DNA of 64,000 nt from Alphaproteobacteria bacterium (GCA_963665325.3 OZ224045.1:64001-128000); one strand, 5' to 3'; shown: positions 38,730-50,070, numbered from the stretch's first letter. Numbers and translations are program-made. Notes: generated by a model not told the origin, from the sequence alone.

Positions 38730-39902
38730 TCAAGACCTGCGGGGCCGTTCCGCGGATGGAATGAAGGCGATGGCGCAAGCCGCCGCGGCGGCGCAAAGGG
38801 CAACGGCAAAGAACGGCCACTCGTAGCTGCCGAGTTCATCATAGGCCAGACCCGCCAGCGGCGGACCGAAGAGGGTGCCGATGCCGACGCTCGAATAGAG
38901 CAGCCCGATAAGCGCGCCTACGGAGCGCAGCCCGAACAGGTCCGCCGTTACCGACGGCGCAAGCGCGACAAAGCCGCCATAGCAGAGGCCGAATATGGCG
39001 GCCACGGCCGCCAGATGCCAGAACGGTCCGGCCAGCATCCAAGCCGCCAGTGCGGCGCCCATGCCGGCGTAAAGCAGCGACAGGCAGAGCTTTCGTCCGA
39101 TGCGGTCGGCTATCGGTGCCAGGACAAACCGTCCCACCGTACTGCCGACGCCCACAAGGGGAATCAGCGCGTTCGCTTCGACCACGGAAAAGCCCCGGTC
39201 GAGCGCGTGGGGGACCGCATGCACGAAAGGGATGAAAATGCCAAAGGCGAGCACCAGGGTTGCCGCGTAGAGAATCCAGAATGTGCGGCTGGACAGCGCC
39301 TCGCTGACGGTGAAGCCCGACAGTGCGGGACCGGAAGCCGCTCCGGTCGGCGGCGCGGTTACGAAATGCGCGGCGCCACCCCCGAGCACCAGGACGCCGA
39401 GCGCTAGTGCAAGATAGGCGAAGCGCCAGTCGGCGGCCTCGATCAGAACCACGGCAATGAGCGGCGCCACAAGCGTTCCCACACCGATGCCGGCAACGGC
39501 GAAACCGGAGGCCATGCCCCGCTGCGTCGTGAACCATCGCTGTACGGCGCCCACTGCGGGCACATAGGCAAGCCCGACTCCGAACCCGACACCGAGCCCG
39601 TATCCCAGGCAGATCTGCCAGAGTGTAGTCGCATGGGCAGCGAAGAGGAGGCCGGCGCCGGCCACGACCATGCCTGCGATACACAGTTCGCGCGGCCCCA
39701 AGACATCGGCGATCCGGCCGGAGATGGCGCCGAAGCCGAAATAGAGAAACGCCGCCAGCGAAAAGACCAGGCTCGTCTCAGCTCGGGTCGCTCCGAACTC
39801 GCGCTCAAGCGAGGGAAAGAAAGTCGAGAAGGTATAGGCAGCACCGAATCCGACGAACAGGACGAGGAAGGTCGCCCCGACGACGCCCCAGCCGCCTCTC
39901 AC
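38730..39902 (-). CDS. MFS transporter (monocarboxylate/OFA-like)
   Basis: GGWGVV start, about 12 hydrophobic segments, GRIADVLGPR, WF..QRGMASG, IADRIGRK. GTG start overlaps the TauD stop. Confidence 0.88.
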   Translation of the reverse strand: MRGGWGVVGATFLVLFVGFGAAYTFSTFFPSLEREFGATRAETSLVFSLAAFLYFGFGAISGRIADVLGPRELCIAGMVVAGAGLLFAAHATTLWQICLGYGLGVGFGVGLAYVPAVGAVQRWFTTQRGMASGFAVAGIGVGTLVAPLIAVVLIEAADWRFAYLALALGVLVLGGGAAHFVTAPPTGAASGPALSGFTVSEALSSRTFWILYAATLVLAFGIFIPFVHAVPHALDRGFSVVEANALIPLVGVGSTVGRFVLAPIADRIGRKLCLSLLYAGMGAALAAWMLAGPFWHLAAVAAIFGLCYGGFVALAPSVTADLFGLRSVGALIGLLYSSVGIGTLFGPPLAGLAYDELGSYEWPFFAVALCAAAAACAIAFIPSAERPRRS

Positions 39903-40759
39903 GCGGCGGTTGGCCCGAGCCCGGCGACGGTCGTGCGGTGCATCACCCGGCGGTATTTCGCCTTGTTCCAGGGGCGGCCGCGATGCAGGCAACAGCGGTT
40001 GTCCCACATGACCAGATCGCCTTGCTGCCAGCGGTGGGTATAGATGTAGCGCTCCTGCACAATGCGGTCGGTAAGACTGCGCAGAAAGGCGCGGCTCTCT
40101 TCGATATCCCGCCCGCGAATGTGGCTGGCATGGGCGCCGGCGTAGATATTGCGGCGACCGTTCGCCGGGTTGCGGCGGACCACGGCCTGCGGCACTGGCG
40201 GCGTTTCCCGGCGCTGCGCCTCGTCCACCAGGTCCTTGCGTATCAGCCCGCGCGAATAGGCGAAGTCGTGAATGGCCACCAGGTCTTCGAGCTCCTCCTT
40301 CAAGGGGTCCTCCAAGTCTTCCCATGCGGCGCGCCCGGTCGCGAACTCGGTTTCGCCGTCTTCCGGAGGCACTTCACGCCCCGACAGCAGCGAAGCCGTA
40401 GCCGGCACCCGCTTGAAGGAACTGTCCGTGTGCCACATCTCGTTGCCCGAGTTGTACACATTGCGCCAGTCGTCCGACGGCAGGATCGTATCGGTCTCCG
40501 GATCGACATTGGAAATCATCGCAATCTCCGACCCGGCGCCGACATTCGAGCGCACGGTGCCTTCCAAAGGTCCGAAACGCTTCGAGAAAGCGATCTGCTG
40601 TTGGTCGTCTATGTACTGACCCCGGAACACGAGAACCGAATAATCGTTGAAAAGGCGCGCGATTTCGGCAAAGTCGGAATTATCCACGCCCTCAGCGATG
40701 TCGACGCCTGATACTTCGGCGCCGAACGCCGGGGTCAGTTGCTTGAAGGTGACAGCCAT
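39899..40759 (-). CDS. TauD/TfdA family dioxygenase (TfdA/SdpA-like)
   Basis: Start MAVTFKQL with RBS GGAGG. FGAEVSGVD, GNEMWHTDSSFK, GAHASH, HRWQQGDLVMWDNRCCLHRG, RRVMHRTT. Confidence 0.92.
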   Translation of the reverse strand: MAVTFKQLTPAFGAEVSGVDIAEGVDNSDFAEIARLFNDYSVLVFRGQYIDDQQQIAFSKRFGPLEGTVRSNVGAGSEIAMISNVDPETDTILPSDDWRNVYNSGNEMWHTDSSFKRVPATASLLSGREVPPEDGETEFATGRAAWEDLEDPLKEELEDLVAIHDFAYSRGLIRKDLVDEAQRRETPPVPQAVVRRNPANGRRNIYAGAHASHIRGRDIEESRAFLRSLTDRIVQERYIYTHRWQQGDLVMWDNRCCLHRGRPWNKAKYRRVMHRTTVAGLGPTAA

Positions 40760-40813
40760 GGCGTTTCCTCCCGGTAACGATTGAACCAGTCTCGAGAGCG
40801 CTTGAAAAGAAGC

Positions 40814-43102
40814 ATGGACCCGGAACGCCTTGCAGCCTTGGAAGCGCTTGAGCGCAAAGTGCTCTGGTTGTCTTCCTGGATGATCCATAACGCCAACCAC
40901 CTTCGCGAGAACCGCGACGGGCTGAAGGTCGGAGGACACCAGGCGTCCAGCGCTTCGGTCGCGACGATCCTGACGGCGCTCTATTTCGATACGCTGAACC
41001 TCGGCGACCGGGTGGCGGTGAAGCCCCACGCAAGCCCGGTCTATCACGCTATCCAATACCTGCTCGGGCGGCAGTCCCGCGAGAAACTGGAGCGTTTCCG
41101 CGCCTTCGGAGGCGCGCAGAGCTACCCCTCGCGCACCAAGGACAGCGACGATGTCGACTTCTCGACCGGCTCCGTCGGTCTTGGCGTGGGCATGACCACC
41201 TTCGCTTCCATCATGCAGGATTACGTGCGCCTGAAAGGCTTGGGCAACGACAGCCCGCCTGGGCGCATGGTAGCGGTGATGGGCGATGCGGAGATCGACG
41301 AAGGCAATGTCTTCGAGGCGATGCTCGAAGGCTGGAAGCACGATGTCCGTAACCTCTGGTGGATCATCGATTACAACCGCCAGAGCCTCGACTCCGTCGT
41401 TACGGACCGCCTGTTCCGGCGGCTCGACGGCCTGTTCCAAGCTATGGGCTGGCAGGTTCATATACTGAAGTACGGCAAACGCCTGCAGGCCGCATTCAGA
41501 AAGCGCGACGGTAAGGCCCTGGAACGCTGGATCGACGACTGCCCGAACTCCCGCTACTCGGCCCTCGTTTACAAGGGAGGGGCAGCGTGGAGAGAGGCGC
41601 TGCAGGAGGATCTCGGCCATCTCGGTGGCATCCGCGCACTGCTGAAACAGCACGACGACGAGCGGTTGCACAGCCTCATGACCAATCTCGCCGGCCAGGA
41701 CATGGCTGCCCTGCTTGATGGGTTCGAGGCGGTTGAGGATGATCGGCCGACCTGTTTCATCGCATACACCATCAAGGGCTATGGCCTGCCCTTCGCAGGC
41801 CACAAGGACAATCACGCCGGCCTCATGAACCCCGGCCAGATGGAAGCCTTCCGAGCATCAGTGGGTATCCGCCCAGGCGAGGAATGGGAAGCCGACGCCG
41901 GGTTGGATATCCCGCCGGAACAACTGCAGCTCATCATCGAAGGATCGCCCTTCTACCGCAGCCCGCCGCGCCGCCAGAATGCAGCTCCTGTCGAACTGCC
42001 CGCCGTTTTGCCGGTGCCTGCCGGCGCGCGCATGTCCACACAGGAGGCCTTCGGCCGGATTCTGGTCGAAATCGCCCGTGAGGGAGGGCCGCTGGCGGAC
42101 CGCATCGTGACTGCGTCGCCCGATGTCACGGTTTCCACCGGTCTGGGCGGCTGGGTGAACCGTCGCGGCATATTCGCGCGCGAAGTAGTGGAGGACGTTT
42201 TCCGGGAAGAGAATGTCGTATCGGCGCAGCACTGGCTCCAAGGTCCGACCGGCCAACATGTCGAGCTCGGTATTGCCGAGAACAACCTATTCCTTTGCCT
42301 GGCCGCTCTCGGACTTTCGGCGGAGCTGACCGGCGAGCGCCTGTTCCCGGTCGGAACGCTCTACGACCCGTTTATCGCCCGGGGCCTGGATGCGCTGAAC
42401 TATGCCGCCTACCAGGACGCGCGCTTCATGGTCGTGGCGACGCCATCAGGAGTCACGCTTGCGCCGGAGGGCGGTGCGCACCAGTCCGGCGCTACCCCCA
42501 GCATTGGCCTCGCCCAGCCGGGACTTACCGCATTCGAGCCAGCCTACGCGGACGAACTTGCGGTGATCATGCATTGGGGCTTTGTTCATATGCAGGCCGA
42601 AGATGGGGGCTCGGTTTACCTGCGCCTGTCGACCCGGCCGCTGGAACAGCCGCGGCGGGAGTTGGATGTCTCGGCCGCGATAGCCGGAGGCTACTGGATC
42701 GAACCGCCGGCTGACGGGTCGGAGTTGGCTATCGTCGCGATGGGCGCGGTGCTGCCGGAAGCGCTGGCAGCGCTGACGCTTGTTCGCGAGGACATGCCGG
42801 AAGCAGGCTTGTTGGCGGTTACTTCGGTCGACCGTCTGCACGGCGATTGGCTGGCGCACGGCGAGGGCAGCCAGGCGGCCCGGCTACTGGCGCCGATTTC
42901 GCGGCGCGGCGGCTTGGTGACGGTTCTGGACGGCCATCCGAGCGCGCTTGGATGGCTTGGTTCGGTTGCCGGGCATCGCGTCGAAGCGCTTGGCACGACG
43001 AGCTTCGGACAGTCGGGCGACATTCCCGATCTTTACCGGGCGCACAGGCTGGATACGGACGCTATCCTGGAAGCATCGGCACGTTTGTCGCTGCGCTCTT
43101 GA
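40814..43102 (+). CDS. ThDP-dependent homodimeric 2-oxoacid dehydrogenase E1 (AceE)/transketolase-like enzyme
   Basis: GGHQASSAS, KPHASP, SYPS, STGSVGLG, ThDP motif GDAEIDEG..N, ELGIAENN, TLAPEGGAHQ, FGQSG. Confidence 0.87.
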   Translation: MDPERLAALEALERKVLWLSSWMIHNANHLRENRDGLKVGGHQASSASVATILTALYFDTLNLGDRVAVKPHASPVYHAIQYLLGRQSREKLERFRAFGGAQSYPSRTKDSDDVDFSTGSVGLGVGMTTFASIMQDYVRLKGLGNDSPPGRMVAVMGDAEIDEGNVFEAMLEGWKHDVRNLWWIIDYNRQSLDSVVTDRLFRRLDGLFQAMGWQVHILKYGKRLQAAFRKRDGKALERWIDDCPNSRYSALVYKGGAAWREALQEDLGHLGGIRALLKQHDDERLHSLMTNLAGQDMAALLDGFEAVEDDRPTCFIAYTIKGYGLPFAGHKDNHAGLMNPGQMEAFRASVGIRPGEEWEADAGLDIPPEQLQLIIEGSPFYRSPPRRQNAAPVELPAVLPVPAGARMSTQEAFGRILVEIAREGGPLADRIVTASPDVTVSTGLGGWVNRRGIFAREVVEDVFREENVVSAQHWLQGPTGQHVELGIAENNLFLCLAALGLSAELTGERLFPVGTLYDPFIARGLDALNYAAYQDARFMVVATPSGVTLAPEGGAHQSGATPSIGLAQPGLTAFEPAYADELAVIMHWGFVHMQAEDGGSVYLRLSTRPLEQPRRELDVSAAIAGGYWIEPPADGSELAIVAMGAVLPEALAALTLVREDMPEAGLLAVTSVDRLHGDWLAHGEGSQAARLLAPISRRGGLVTVLDGHPSALGWLGSVAGHRVEALGTTSFGQSGDIPDLYRAHRLDTDAILEASARLSLRS

Positions 43103-43140
43103 GCCGGACGAAGTTTCGATATAAGTCTCCGCCCCTCCCG

Positions 43141-43226
43141 GCGGGCGTGGCGGAATTGGTAGACGCGCCGGATTTAGGATCCGGTGGCTTGCGGCCGTGG
43201 GGGTTCAAGTCCCTCCGCCCGCACCA
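43141..43226 (+). tRNA. tRNA-Leu(TAG)
   Basis: Acceptor GCGGGCG/CGCCCGC, anticodon arm CCGGA-TTTAGGA-TCCGG, long variable arm, TTCAA T-loop, CCA end. Confidence 0.97.
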
Positions 43227-43278
43227 GGGGTCGTCCTGGCCGGAGACCAACGACCGTAACCAGTTGAAGCCTTAACAT

Positions 43279-44631
43279 ATGCAGATTACCGAAACACTCG
43301 CCGACGGGCTCAAGCACGATTTTCGCGTTGTCGTGCCTGCCGACGACCTGCACGCCGACATCGACCGGAAGCTGGCGGAATATGGCGCCGGCATGCGGCT
43401 TCCGGGATTCCGACCCGGCAAGGCGCCGATGAAGATCCTGCGCCAGCGCTTCGGCAGGGCGGTCGAAGGAGAAATCCTTGAGGCAACGATCAATCGCGGC
43501 ACGCAGCAAGCGATAGAGGAACGGGGCCTGAAGCCGGCTGTCATGCCGCAGATCGATATGGTCTCCGACCTTGAGAACGGTCTGCCGGCCGGGGTGGATC
43601 TCGAATACACGATCAGTGTCGAGGCGTTGCCGGAGATCGAGCCGATCGACTTCGGTTCTCTGGAACTCGAACGCCTTGAAGCCGAGCCGGCCGAAGAGAC
43701 CGTCGAAGAGGAGATCGGCCGCATCGCCAATGCCACCGCCGAACTGGTGCCCGTGGAGGAAGACCGCGGTGCCGTGGATGCCGATACTCTTACGATCGAT
43801 TTCGAAGGCAAGATCGATGGCGAAGCGTTTGCCGGCGGCGCTGCGGAAGACTATGAGATCGAACTCGGCTCGGGCGAGTTTATTCCTGGTTTCGAAGACC
43901 AGCTTACCGGGGTGCGCGCAGGAGAATCGCGCGATATCGAGGTGGTATTTCCCGAGGACTACAACGCTGCGCATCTGGCGGGCAAGACCGCCGTATTTTC
44001 GGTCAATGTCAAGCAGGTCCGGGAACGTCGCTCGAGCGATCCGGACGACGAGTTGGCGAAGCGGGTCGGTTATGATGATCTGGCATCGCTGCGCCAGGGT
44101 GTCGTAGACCGGGTGAAGGGACAGTACGCCAATGTCTCCCGGATGATCGTCAAAAGACATCTGTTCGACCGTTTGGAGGAAGTGCACGACTTTCCTCTGC
44201 CGGAGAGCATGGTCGAGCAGGAGTTCGGGTCAATCTGGGGCGAGATCGAGAAGCGCCTGGAAGGCCCCGACGCCGAAGAGGTCCGCGAAGGCAAGACCGA
44301 CGAAGAACTCCGGGACGAATACAGGAAGGTTGCCGAGCGGCGTATCCGGCTGGGCCTTTTGCTGGCGGAGGTCGGTCGGCAGAACAATATCGAGGTTGGC
44401 CAGGAAGACCTGCAGCGGGCCATGGCCGCCCAGGTGCAGCGGTTTCCGGGTCAGGAACAGGTCGTGCTGGACTTCTACCGGAACAACCCGTCGGCGCTGT
44501 CGCAGTTCGAGGGGCCGATTCTGGAAAACAAGGTAGTCGACTATATCCTTGAACTTGCCCAAATCACGGCCCGCCAGGTAAGCGCCGAGGAGTTGATCGC
44601 GGCGTCGGAAGGCGTTTCCGAAGAGGAGTAA
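43279..44631 (+). CDS. tig: Trigger factor
   Basis: GFRPGKAP ribosome-binding motif, FKBP domain IDFEG..FIPGFEDQL. Confidence 0.97.
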   Translation: MQITETLADGLKHDFRVVVPADDLHADIDRKLAEYGAGMRLPGFRPGKAPMKILRQRFGRAVEGEILEATINRGTQQAIEERGLKPAVMPQIDMVSDLENGLPAGVDLEYTISVEALPEIEPIDFGSLELERLEAEPAEETVEEEIGRIANATAELVPVEEDRGAVDADTLTIDFEGKIDGEAFAGGAAEDYEIELGSGEFIPGFEDQLTGVRAGESRDIEVVFPEDYNAAHLAGKTAVFSVNVKQVRERRSSDPDDELAKRVGYDDLASLRQGVVDRVKGQYANVSRMIVKRHLFDRLEEVHDFPLPESMVEQEFGSIWGEIEKRLEGPDAEEVREGKTDEELRDEYRKVAERRIRLGLLLAEVGRQNNIEVGQEDLQRAMAAQVQRFPGQEQVVLDFYRNNPSALSQFEGPILENKVVDYILELAQITARQVSAEELIAASEGVSEEE

Positions 44632-44640
44632 ACGACCGCC

Positions 44641-45273
44641 ATGCGCGATCGGAACGAAGTTTATATGAACACACTCGTGCCCATGGTCGTGGAGAGCACG
44701 AACCGAGGCGAGCGGGCCTATGACATCTATTCCCGCCTGCTCAAGGAGAGGATCGTCTTCCTCACGGGACCGGTCTTCGACCAGGTGGGCGCGCTGATCG
44801 CAGCACAGCTGCTGTTCCTGGAGGCGGAAAACCCGAGCAAGGATATTTCCTTCTACATCAACTCGCCTGGCGGCGCGGTGACTGCAGGCCTCGCGATCTA
44901 CGACACCATGCAATACATCCGCTGCGATGTATCGACAGTGTGCATAGGGCAGGCGGCCTCGATGGGATCGCTGTTGCTGTCCGCCGGCGCCCCGGGCAAA
45001 CGCTATGCGCTACCCAATGCCCGGGTGATGGTTCATCAGCCCTCCGGCGGGTTCCACGGGCAGGCCAGCGATATCGAAATCCACGCGCGCGAGATCCTGA
45101 CCTTGCGCGGCCGGCTGAACGAAATTTACGTGAAGCATTGCGGCCAAAAGCTGGAGAAGGTGGAAGAAGCGCTGGACCGCGACCGCTTCATGGATCCGCA
45201 GGAAGCCAAGGAATTCGGCATCGTGGATGAAGTGGTCGAACACCGGGCTCCCGGCGAATCGGAAGACGGTTGA
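44641..45273 (+). CDS. clpP: ATP-dependent Clp protease proteolytic subunit
   Basis: [32 protein letters not shown]. Confidence 0.98.
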   Translation: MRDRNEVYMNTLVPMVVESTNRGERAYDIYSRLLKERIVFLTGPVFDQVGALIAAQLLFLEAENPSKDISFYINSPGGAVTAGLAIYDTMQYIRCDVSTVCIGQAASMGSLLLSAGAPGKRYALPNARVMVHQPSGGFHGQASDIEIHAREILTLRGRLNEIYVKHCGQKLEKVEEALDRDRFMDPQEAKEFGIVDEVVEHRAPGESEDG

Positions 45274-45391
45274 AGCGGCGGCGGCCTCAATGAAGCTTTT
45301 CACTGCCGAAAGCGTTGGCCCGGCGGGCGAACCCGGCTAACATGCCGGTGTGGCTCCCGGGCTGCGGCTTCGCGGAATGTTGGGATCGAAG

Positions 45392-46654
45392 ATGAGCAAA
45401 TCGAGCGGTGATTCCAAGAACACGCTCTACTGTTCGTTCTGTGGGAAAAGTCAACACGAGGTCCGGAAGCTGATTGCGGGGCCAACCGTGTTCATTTGCG
45501 ACGAGTGCGTCGAACTGTGCATGGATATCATTCGCGAGGAGAATCGAAGCTCCCTCGTGAAATCCAGGGATGGCGTTCCGACGCCGGCTCGGATCTGCAA
45601 GGTCCTCGACGACTATGTTATCGGTCAGGACCGCGCCAAGCGCGTCCTTTCCGTGGCCGTGCACAACCACTACAAGCGCCTCGGCAGCAACGCCAAGGCC
45701 GGCGATGTCGAAATCGCCAAGTCGAACATCCTGCTGATCGGCCCGACCGGATGCGGCAAGACGCTGTTGGCTCAGACGCTGGCCCGCATTCTCGACGTGC
45801 CGTTCACCATGGCCGATGCGACGACGCTCACCGAAGCCGGTTATGTCGGCGAGGATGTGGAGAACATCATTCTGCGCCTGTTGCAGGCCGCCGACTACAA
45901 TGTCGAACGGGCCCAGCGCGGAATCGTCTATATCGACGAGGTGGACAAGATTTCCCGCAAGTCGGACAACCCGTCCATCACGCGCGACGTATCGGGCGAA
46001 GGCGTGCAGCAGGCACTTCTGAAGATCATGGAGGGGACGGTTGCTTCGGTGCCCCCGCAGGGCGGGCGCAAGCATCCGCAGCAGGAATTCCTCCAGGTGG
46101 ATACGACAAACATCCTCTTCATCTGCGGCGGCGCGTTTTCGGGGTTGGAAAAGATCATCTCGCAGCGGGGCAGGGGATCGTCGATAGGCTTCGGCGCCGA
46201 TGTGAGCGCACCCGAGGACCGTCAGACGGGCGAGGTTCTGAAGGGAATCGAACCGGAAGACCTTTTGCGGTTCGGGCTCATCCCGGAGTTCGTCGGCAGG
46301 CTGCCGGTCATCGCCACGCTAGAGGACCTCGAGGAAGGCGCGCTGATCGAAATTCTCACGCGGCCCAAGAACGCCCTGGTCAAACAGTACCAGCGCCTGT
46401 TCGACATGGAAGACGTACGGCTGACATTCGCCGAGGATGCGCTGAAGGGCATCGCCGGCAAGGCGATTTCGCGCAAGACGGGCGCGCGCGGCCTCAGGGC
46501 GATCATGGAGAGCATCCTTCTCGACAGCATGTTCGAGCTGCCGAGTATGGAGGGCGTCGAGGAGATCGTTATCAGCCGCGAAGTGGTGGAAGGGCGCGCG
46601 CAGCCTTTGCACATCTATGTCGAGCGCGGTAATGAGACCAAGGCCGGCGCTTGA
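45392..46654 (+). CDS. clpX: ATP-dependent Clp protease ATPase subunit
   Basis: CSFCGK..ICDEC zinc finger, [20 protein letters not shown] loop. Confidence 0.98.
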   Translation: MSKSSGDSKNTLYCSFCGKSQHEVRKLIAGPTVFICDECVELCMDIIREENRSSLVKSRDGVPTPARICKVLDDYVIGQDRAKRVLSVAVHNHYKRLGSNAKAGDVEIAKSNILLIGPTGCGKTLLAQTLARILDVPFTMADATTLTEAGYVGEDVENIILRLLQAADYNVERAQRGIVYIDEVDKISRKSDNPSITRDVSGEGVQQALLKIMEGTVASVPPQGGRKHPQQEFLQVDTTNILFICGGAFSGLEKIISQRGRGSSIGFGADVSAPEDRQTGEVLKGIEPEDLLRFGLIPEFVGRLPVIATLEDLEEGALIEILTRPKNALVKQYQRLFDMEDVRLTFAEDALKGIAGKAISRKTGARGLRAIMESILLDSMFELPSMEGVEEIVISREVVEGRAQPLHIYVERGNETKAGA

Positions 46655-46678
46655 ACGGGTCGGGGCCTCTTCCCAGAT
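46650..46678 (+). promoter_or_regulatory. Putative RpoH (sigma32) promoter for lon
   Basis: CTTGAA-N16-CCCAGAT overlapping the clpX stop; resembles the alphaproteobacterial RpoH consensus. Confidence 0.5.
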
Positions 46679-46755
46679 AAAGGACCGAGCGAGGCGGTTG
46701 TGAACGATGTCATCGAGGCAGCCTTGCCACTCACGAAGCCTCCCGAGGATGCATC

Positions 46756-49164
46756 ATGAATAGTTCCAGCGGCGACCTCTATCCCGTTCTCCCACTGCGG
46801 GACATTGTGGTTTTTCCCCACATGATCGTGCCGCTTTTCGTCGGGCGCGAGAAATCCGTGCTGGCACTCGAAGAGACGATGAAGAACGACAAGCAGATTC
46901 TATTGGTCACGCAGAAGGATGCTGCAACCGACGAGCCGGGACCGGACGATATCTTCCGAATCGGCACGATAGGCTCCGTGCTTCAACTCCTGAAGCTGCC
47001 GGACGGCGCCGTGAAAGTGTTGGTCGAAGGGCAGGGCCGCGCCGAAATCCTAGATTATACCGACCGGGATGAGTTCTTCGAAACGTCGGCCCGGGATGTC
47101 CCGGAAGGCGGTGAGGGGGACCCGCAGGAAATGTCGGCGCTGGTCCGTTCGGTGGTTTCGCATTTCGAGAACTACGTAAAGCTCAACAAGAAGATTCCGC
47201 CCGAGGTCATAGCCACGGTAGGCCAGATCGAGGATCCTTCCAAGCTCGCCGACACCGTTGCGGCCCATCTGAGTCTCAAGATTGCCGAGAAGCAGGAACT
47301 GCTTGAAACGATACCCGTCTTCCAGCGTCTGGAGCGCGTTTACGCGTATATGGAAGGCGAGATGGATGTGCTCGAAGTTGAGAAACGGGTCCGCTCGCGC
47401 GTCAAGCGGCAGATGGAACGCACGCAGCGAGAGTACTATCTGAATGAGCAGATGAAGGCGATCCAGAAGGAGCTGGGCGACGGCGGGGAGGGCCGCGACG
47501 AGCTCTCGGAGATCGAGGAGGCGATCAAGAAGACACGTCTCTCCAAAGAAGCAGCGGAGAAGGCAACCGCGGAGCTCAAGAAGCTGCGTAGCATGAGCCC
47601 GATGTCGGCCGAGGCCACGGTCGTGCGCAACTATCTCGACTGGATGCTCGGCATCCCCTGGAAAAAGCGAACCAGAGTGAAGAGGGACGTGCGCGCCGCA
47701 GAGATTGTTCTCGACGAAGACCACTACGGTCTGGAAAAGGTCAAGGAGCGGATCGTCGAATATCTGGCGGTCCAGAATCGCGTGCGGAAGCTGAAGGGTC
47801 CGATCCTCTGTCTGGTCGGGCCGCCCGGTGTTGGCAAGACTTCGCTCGGCAAGTCGATCGCACGGGCCACGGGGCGTAATTTCGTGCGCATGTCGCTGGG
47901 CGGGGTACGCGACGAGGCCGAGATCCGCGGACACCGTCGCACCTATATCGGATCCATGCCCGGCAAGGTGGTCCAAGGCATGAAGAAGGCAAAGTCGTCC
48001 AACCCGCTTTTCCTGCTGGACGAGGTAGACAAGCTTGGTGCGGACTGGCGCGGCGACCCGTCATCGGCACTTCTGGAAGTGCTCGACCCCGAACAGAACA
48101 GCACTTTCAACGATCATTACCTGGAAGTGGACTACGACCTGTCGGATGTGATGTTCGTCACGACGGCGAATACGCTCAGGCTGCCTCAACCCTTGCTTGA
48201 CCGTATGGAAGTGATCCGTATTCCCGGATACACCGAGGACGAGAAGGTCGAAATCGCCCGCCGCCACTTGATTAGCAAGCAATTGACGGCGCACGGGCTG
48301 AAGAGCGAAGAATGGTCGATTTCGGATGGCGCTCTGCGCGACCTTATCCGGTACTACACGCGCGAGGCCGGCGTCCGAAACCTGGAGCGGGAGATCGCGA
48401 ACCTGCAGCGCAAGGCGGTGAAGGAGCTGGCGACCAGTGAAACCGGGGCAGTTAGCGTCGAGAGCGACAATCTCGAAACCTATGCCGGTGTGCGCAAGTT
48501 CCGCTACGGACAGACGGAACTGGAAGATCTTGTCGGGGTCACGACGGGCCTTGCATGGACAGAGGTAGGCGGCGAGATCCTTTCTGTCGAGGCCGTCGTC
48601 ATGCCGGGCAAGGGCAACGTCAAGCATACCGGCAAGCTCGGCGATGTCATGCAGGAGTCGGTGGAGGCGGCGCGCAGCTTCGTTCGTTCCAGGATGCTGC
48701 GGTTCGGAATCGTTCCACCGGAATTCGACCGCCGGGACATCCATGTTCATGTGCCGGAAGGGGCAACGCCGAAGGACGGACCCTCCGCCGGCGTCGCCAT
48801 GTGCACGTCGATCATTTCCGCGCTTACGGCTATCCCGGTTCGGCGCGATGTTGCGATGACCGGGGAAATCACGCTGCGCGGCCGTGTTCTGCCGATCGGC
48901 GGGCTGAAGGAGAAATTGCTTGCGGCTTTACGGGCCGGCATCACCACCGTGTTGATCCCCGAGGAAAATATGAAGGACCTTGCGGAGATACCTGACACTG
49001 TGACGAACAGCCTTGAGATCGTTCCGATCGAAACCGTCGATGAAGTGCTGAGCCGGGCGTTGACCAATATTCCAACGCCGATAGACTGGCAACCTCCGGA
49101 GGCGGTGGAGACCCCTCCGTCGGCCGTAGAAGGGGCAACTTTCGGAGGGATGGTTACGCACTGA
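46756..49164 (+). CDS. lon: Lon protease
   Basis: [38 protein letters not shown]. Confidence 0.98.
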   Translation: MNSSSGDLYPVLPLRDIVVFPHMIVPLFVGREKSVLALEETMKNDKQILLVTQKDAATDEPGPDDIFRIGTIGSVLQLLKLPDGAVKVLVEGQGRAEILDYTDRDEFFETSARDVPEGGEGDPQEMSALVRSVVSHFENYVKLNKKIPPEVIATVGQIEDPSKLADTVAAHLSLKIAEKQELLETIPVFQRLERVYAYMEGEMDVLEVEKRVRSRVKRQMERTQREYYLNEQMKAIQKELGDGGEGRDELSEIEEAIKKTRLSKEAAEKATAELKKLRSMSPMSAEATVVRNYLDWMLGIPWKKRTRVKRDVRAAEIVLDEDHYGLEKVKERIVEYLAVQNRVRKLKGPILCLVGPPGVGKTSLGKSIARATGRNFVRMSLGGVRDEAEIRGHRRTYIGSMPGKVVQGMKKAKSSNPLFLLDEVDKLGADWRGDPSSALLEVLDPEQNSTFNDHYLEVDYDLSDVMFVTTANTLRLPQPLLDRMEVIRIPGYTEDEKVEIARRHLISKQLTAHGLKSEEWSISDGALRDLIRYYTREAGVRNLEREIANLQRKAVKELATSETGAVSVESDNLETYAGVRKFRYGQTELEDLVGVTTGLAWTEVGGEILSVEAVVMPGKGNVKHTGKLGDVMQESVEAARSFVRSRMLRFGIVPPEFDRRDIHVHVPEGATPKDGPSAGVAMCTSIISALTAIPVRRDVAMTGEITLRGRVLPIGGLKEKLLAALRAGITTVLIPEENMKDLAEIPDTVTNSLEIVPIETVDEVLSRALTNIPTPIDWQPPEAVETPPSAVEGATFGGMVTH

Positions 49165-49274
49165 TATGCAATCGGGTTCTATATAGTTCCCGATTGTGTA
49201 TGGTTTCTCTGGACGTTTGCAGTGAATCCGGTTAGCAACTGCATCATCCTCAGCGAAGACGGGAGGGAGAAAGA

Positions 49275-49547
49275 ATGAACAAGAACGATCTGGTTGGAGC
49301 TGTTGCGGTATCCGCAAACTTGCAACGGGCCGAGGCCACCCGGGCCGTGGAGGCTGTTTTCGATACCATCAGCAAGGCGCTTGCCGACGGTCAGGATGTG
49401 CGCCTGATCGGTTTCGGGACCTTTTCGGTAGCCCACCGGCCGGCATCCAAGGCGCGGAACCCCAGGACGGGTGAAACGATCGATGTTGCTCCGTCGAACC
49501 AGCCGAAGTTCAGGGCCGGGAAAGGCTTGAAAGACGCCGTGAATTGA
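49275..49547 (+). CDS. hupB: DNA-binding protein HU
   Basis: MNKNDL, LIGFGTF, RNPRTGE, PKFRAGK.LKDAV. Confidence 0.96.
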   Translation: MNKNDLVGAVAVSANLQRAEATRAVEAVFDTISKALADGQDVRLIGFGTFSVAHRPASKARNPRTGETIDVAPSNQPKFRAGKGLKDAVN

Positions 49548-49574
49548 CGGCAGGTCGGGCGAGCCTGAGCCTGG

Positions 49575-49650
49575 GGGCGATTAGCTCAGCCGGGAGAGCA
49601 CCTCGTTTACACCGAGGGGGTCGGCGGTTCGATCCCGTCATCGCCCACCA
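49575..49650 (+). tRNA. tRNA-Val(TAC)
   Basis: Acceptor GGGCGAT/ATCGCCC, anticodon arm CCTCG-TTTACAC-CGAGG, CCA end. Confidence 0.97.
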
Positions 49651-49808
49651 CTAATGTTTCTGGATAACCAATTGACAGTTTTGTTATCTGGCCGTCCTGC
49701 GTGCTCAGAGTGAATTGGCGTTTTGTCCGGTTTGTTCCAAGAATAGCTGCGGCATAGAAGAAATTATCTCGCCTTTTGGTGCTAAGCCAGCAAGGCAACG
49801 ATGTCAGT

Positions 49809-50018
49809 TCAAGTCTTGGCTTTTGCAGCAAGCACCCAGGCCACTTGATCGACCGGGACCCGGCGCGAGGAGGCTTTGCCCAGACGGCGGTCGAACAGAC
49901 CCTCCAGCCCGTCCTCCTCCCAGCGCCGCCGGTAGCGCCGGAACGTCCACTCCGACATCCCCAGAAGCTCCGCCGCGTCCAGCGCCGAAAGACGCCGTGA
50001 CCCGAAGCGGCCCAGCAC
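49809..50018 (-). pseudogene. Truncated transposase N-terminal HTH (ISNCY/IS1202-like)
   Basis: RLSALDAAELLGMSEWTFRRYRRRWEEDGLEGLFDRRLGKASSRRVPVD; stops abruptly with no DDE domain. Confidence 0.75.
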
Positions 50019-50041
50019 ACCCTCAGAATTGGGCCGCGTCC

Positions 50042-50070
50042 TTGACTGATCGGCAGGTCTCGGCTAGACG
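50042..50070 (+). promoter_or_regulatory. Putative sigma70 promoter for tRNA-Asp
   Basis: TTGACT-N17-TAGACG just upstream of tRNA-Asp. Confidence 0.55.

Noticed and set aside
39899-41815. Apparent 638-aa TauD fusion
   Set aside because: The N-terminal part is antisense to the AceE-like gene; the real start is at 40759 with a good RBS.
43141-43226. tRNA-Leu as the attachment site of an island covering the left half
   Set aside because: No integrase and no duplicated tRNA 3' end seen; the left half includes housekeeping genes (rpmE, ispB, mnmA).
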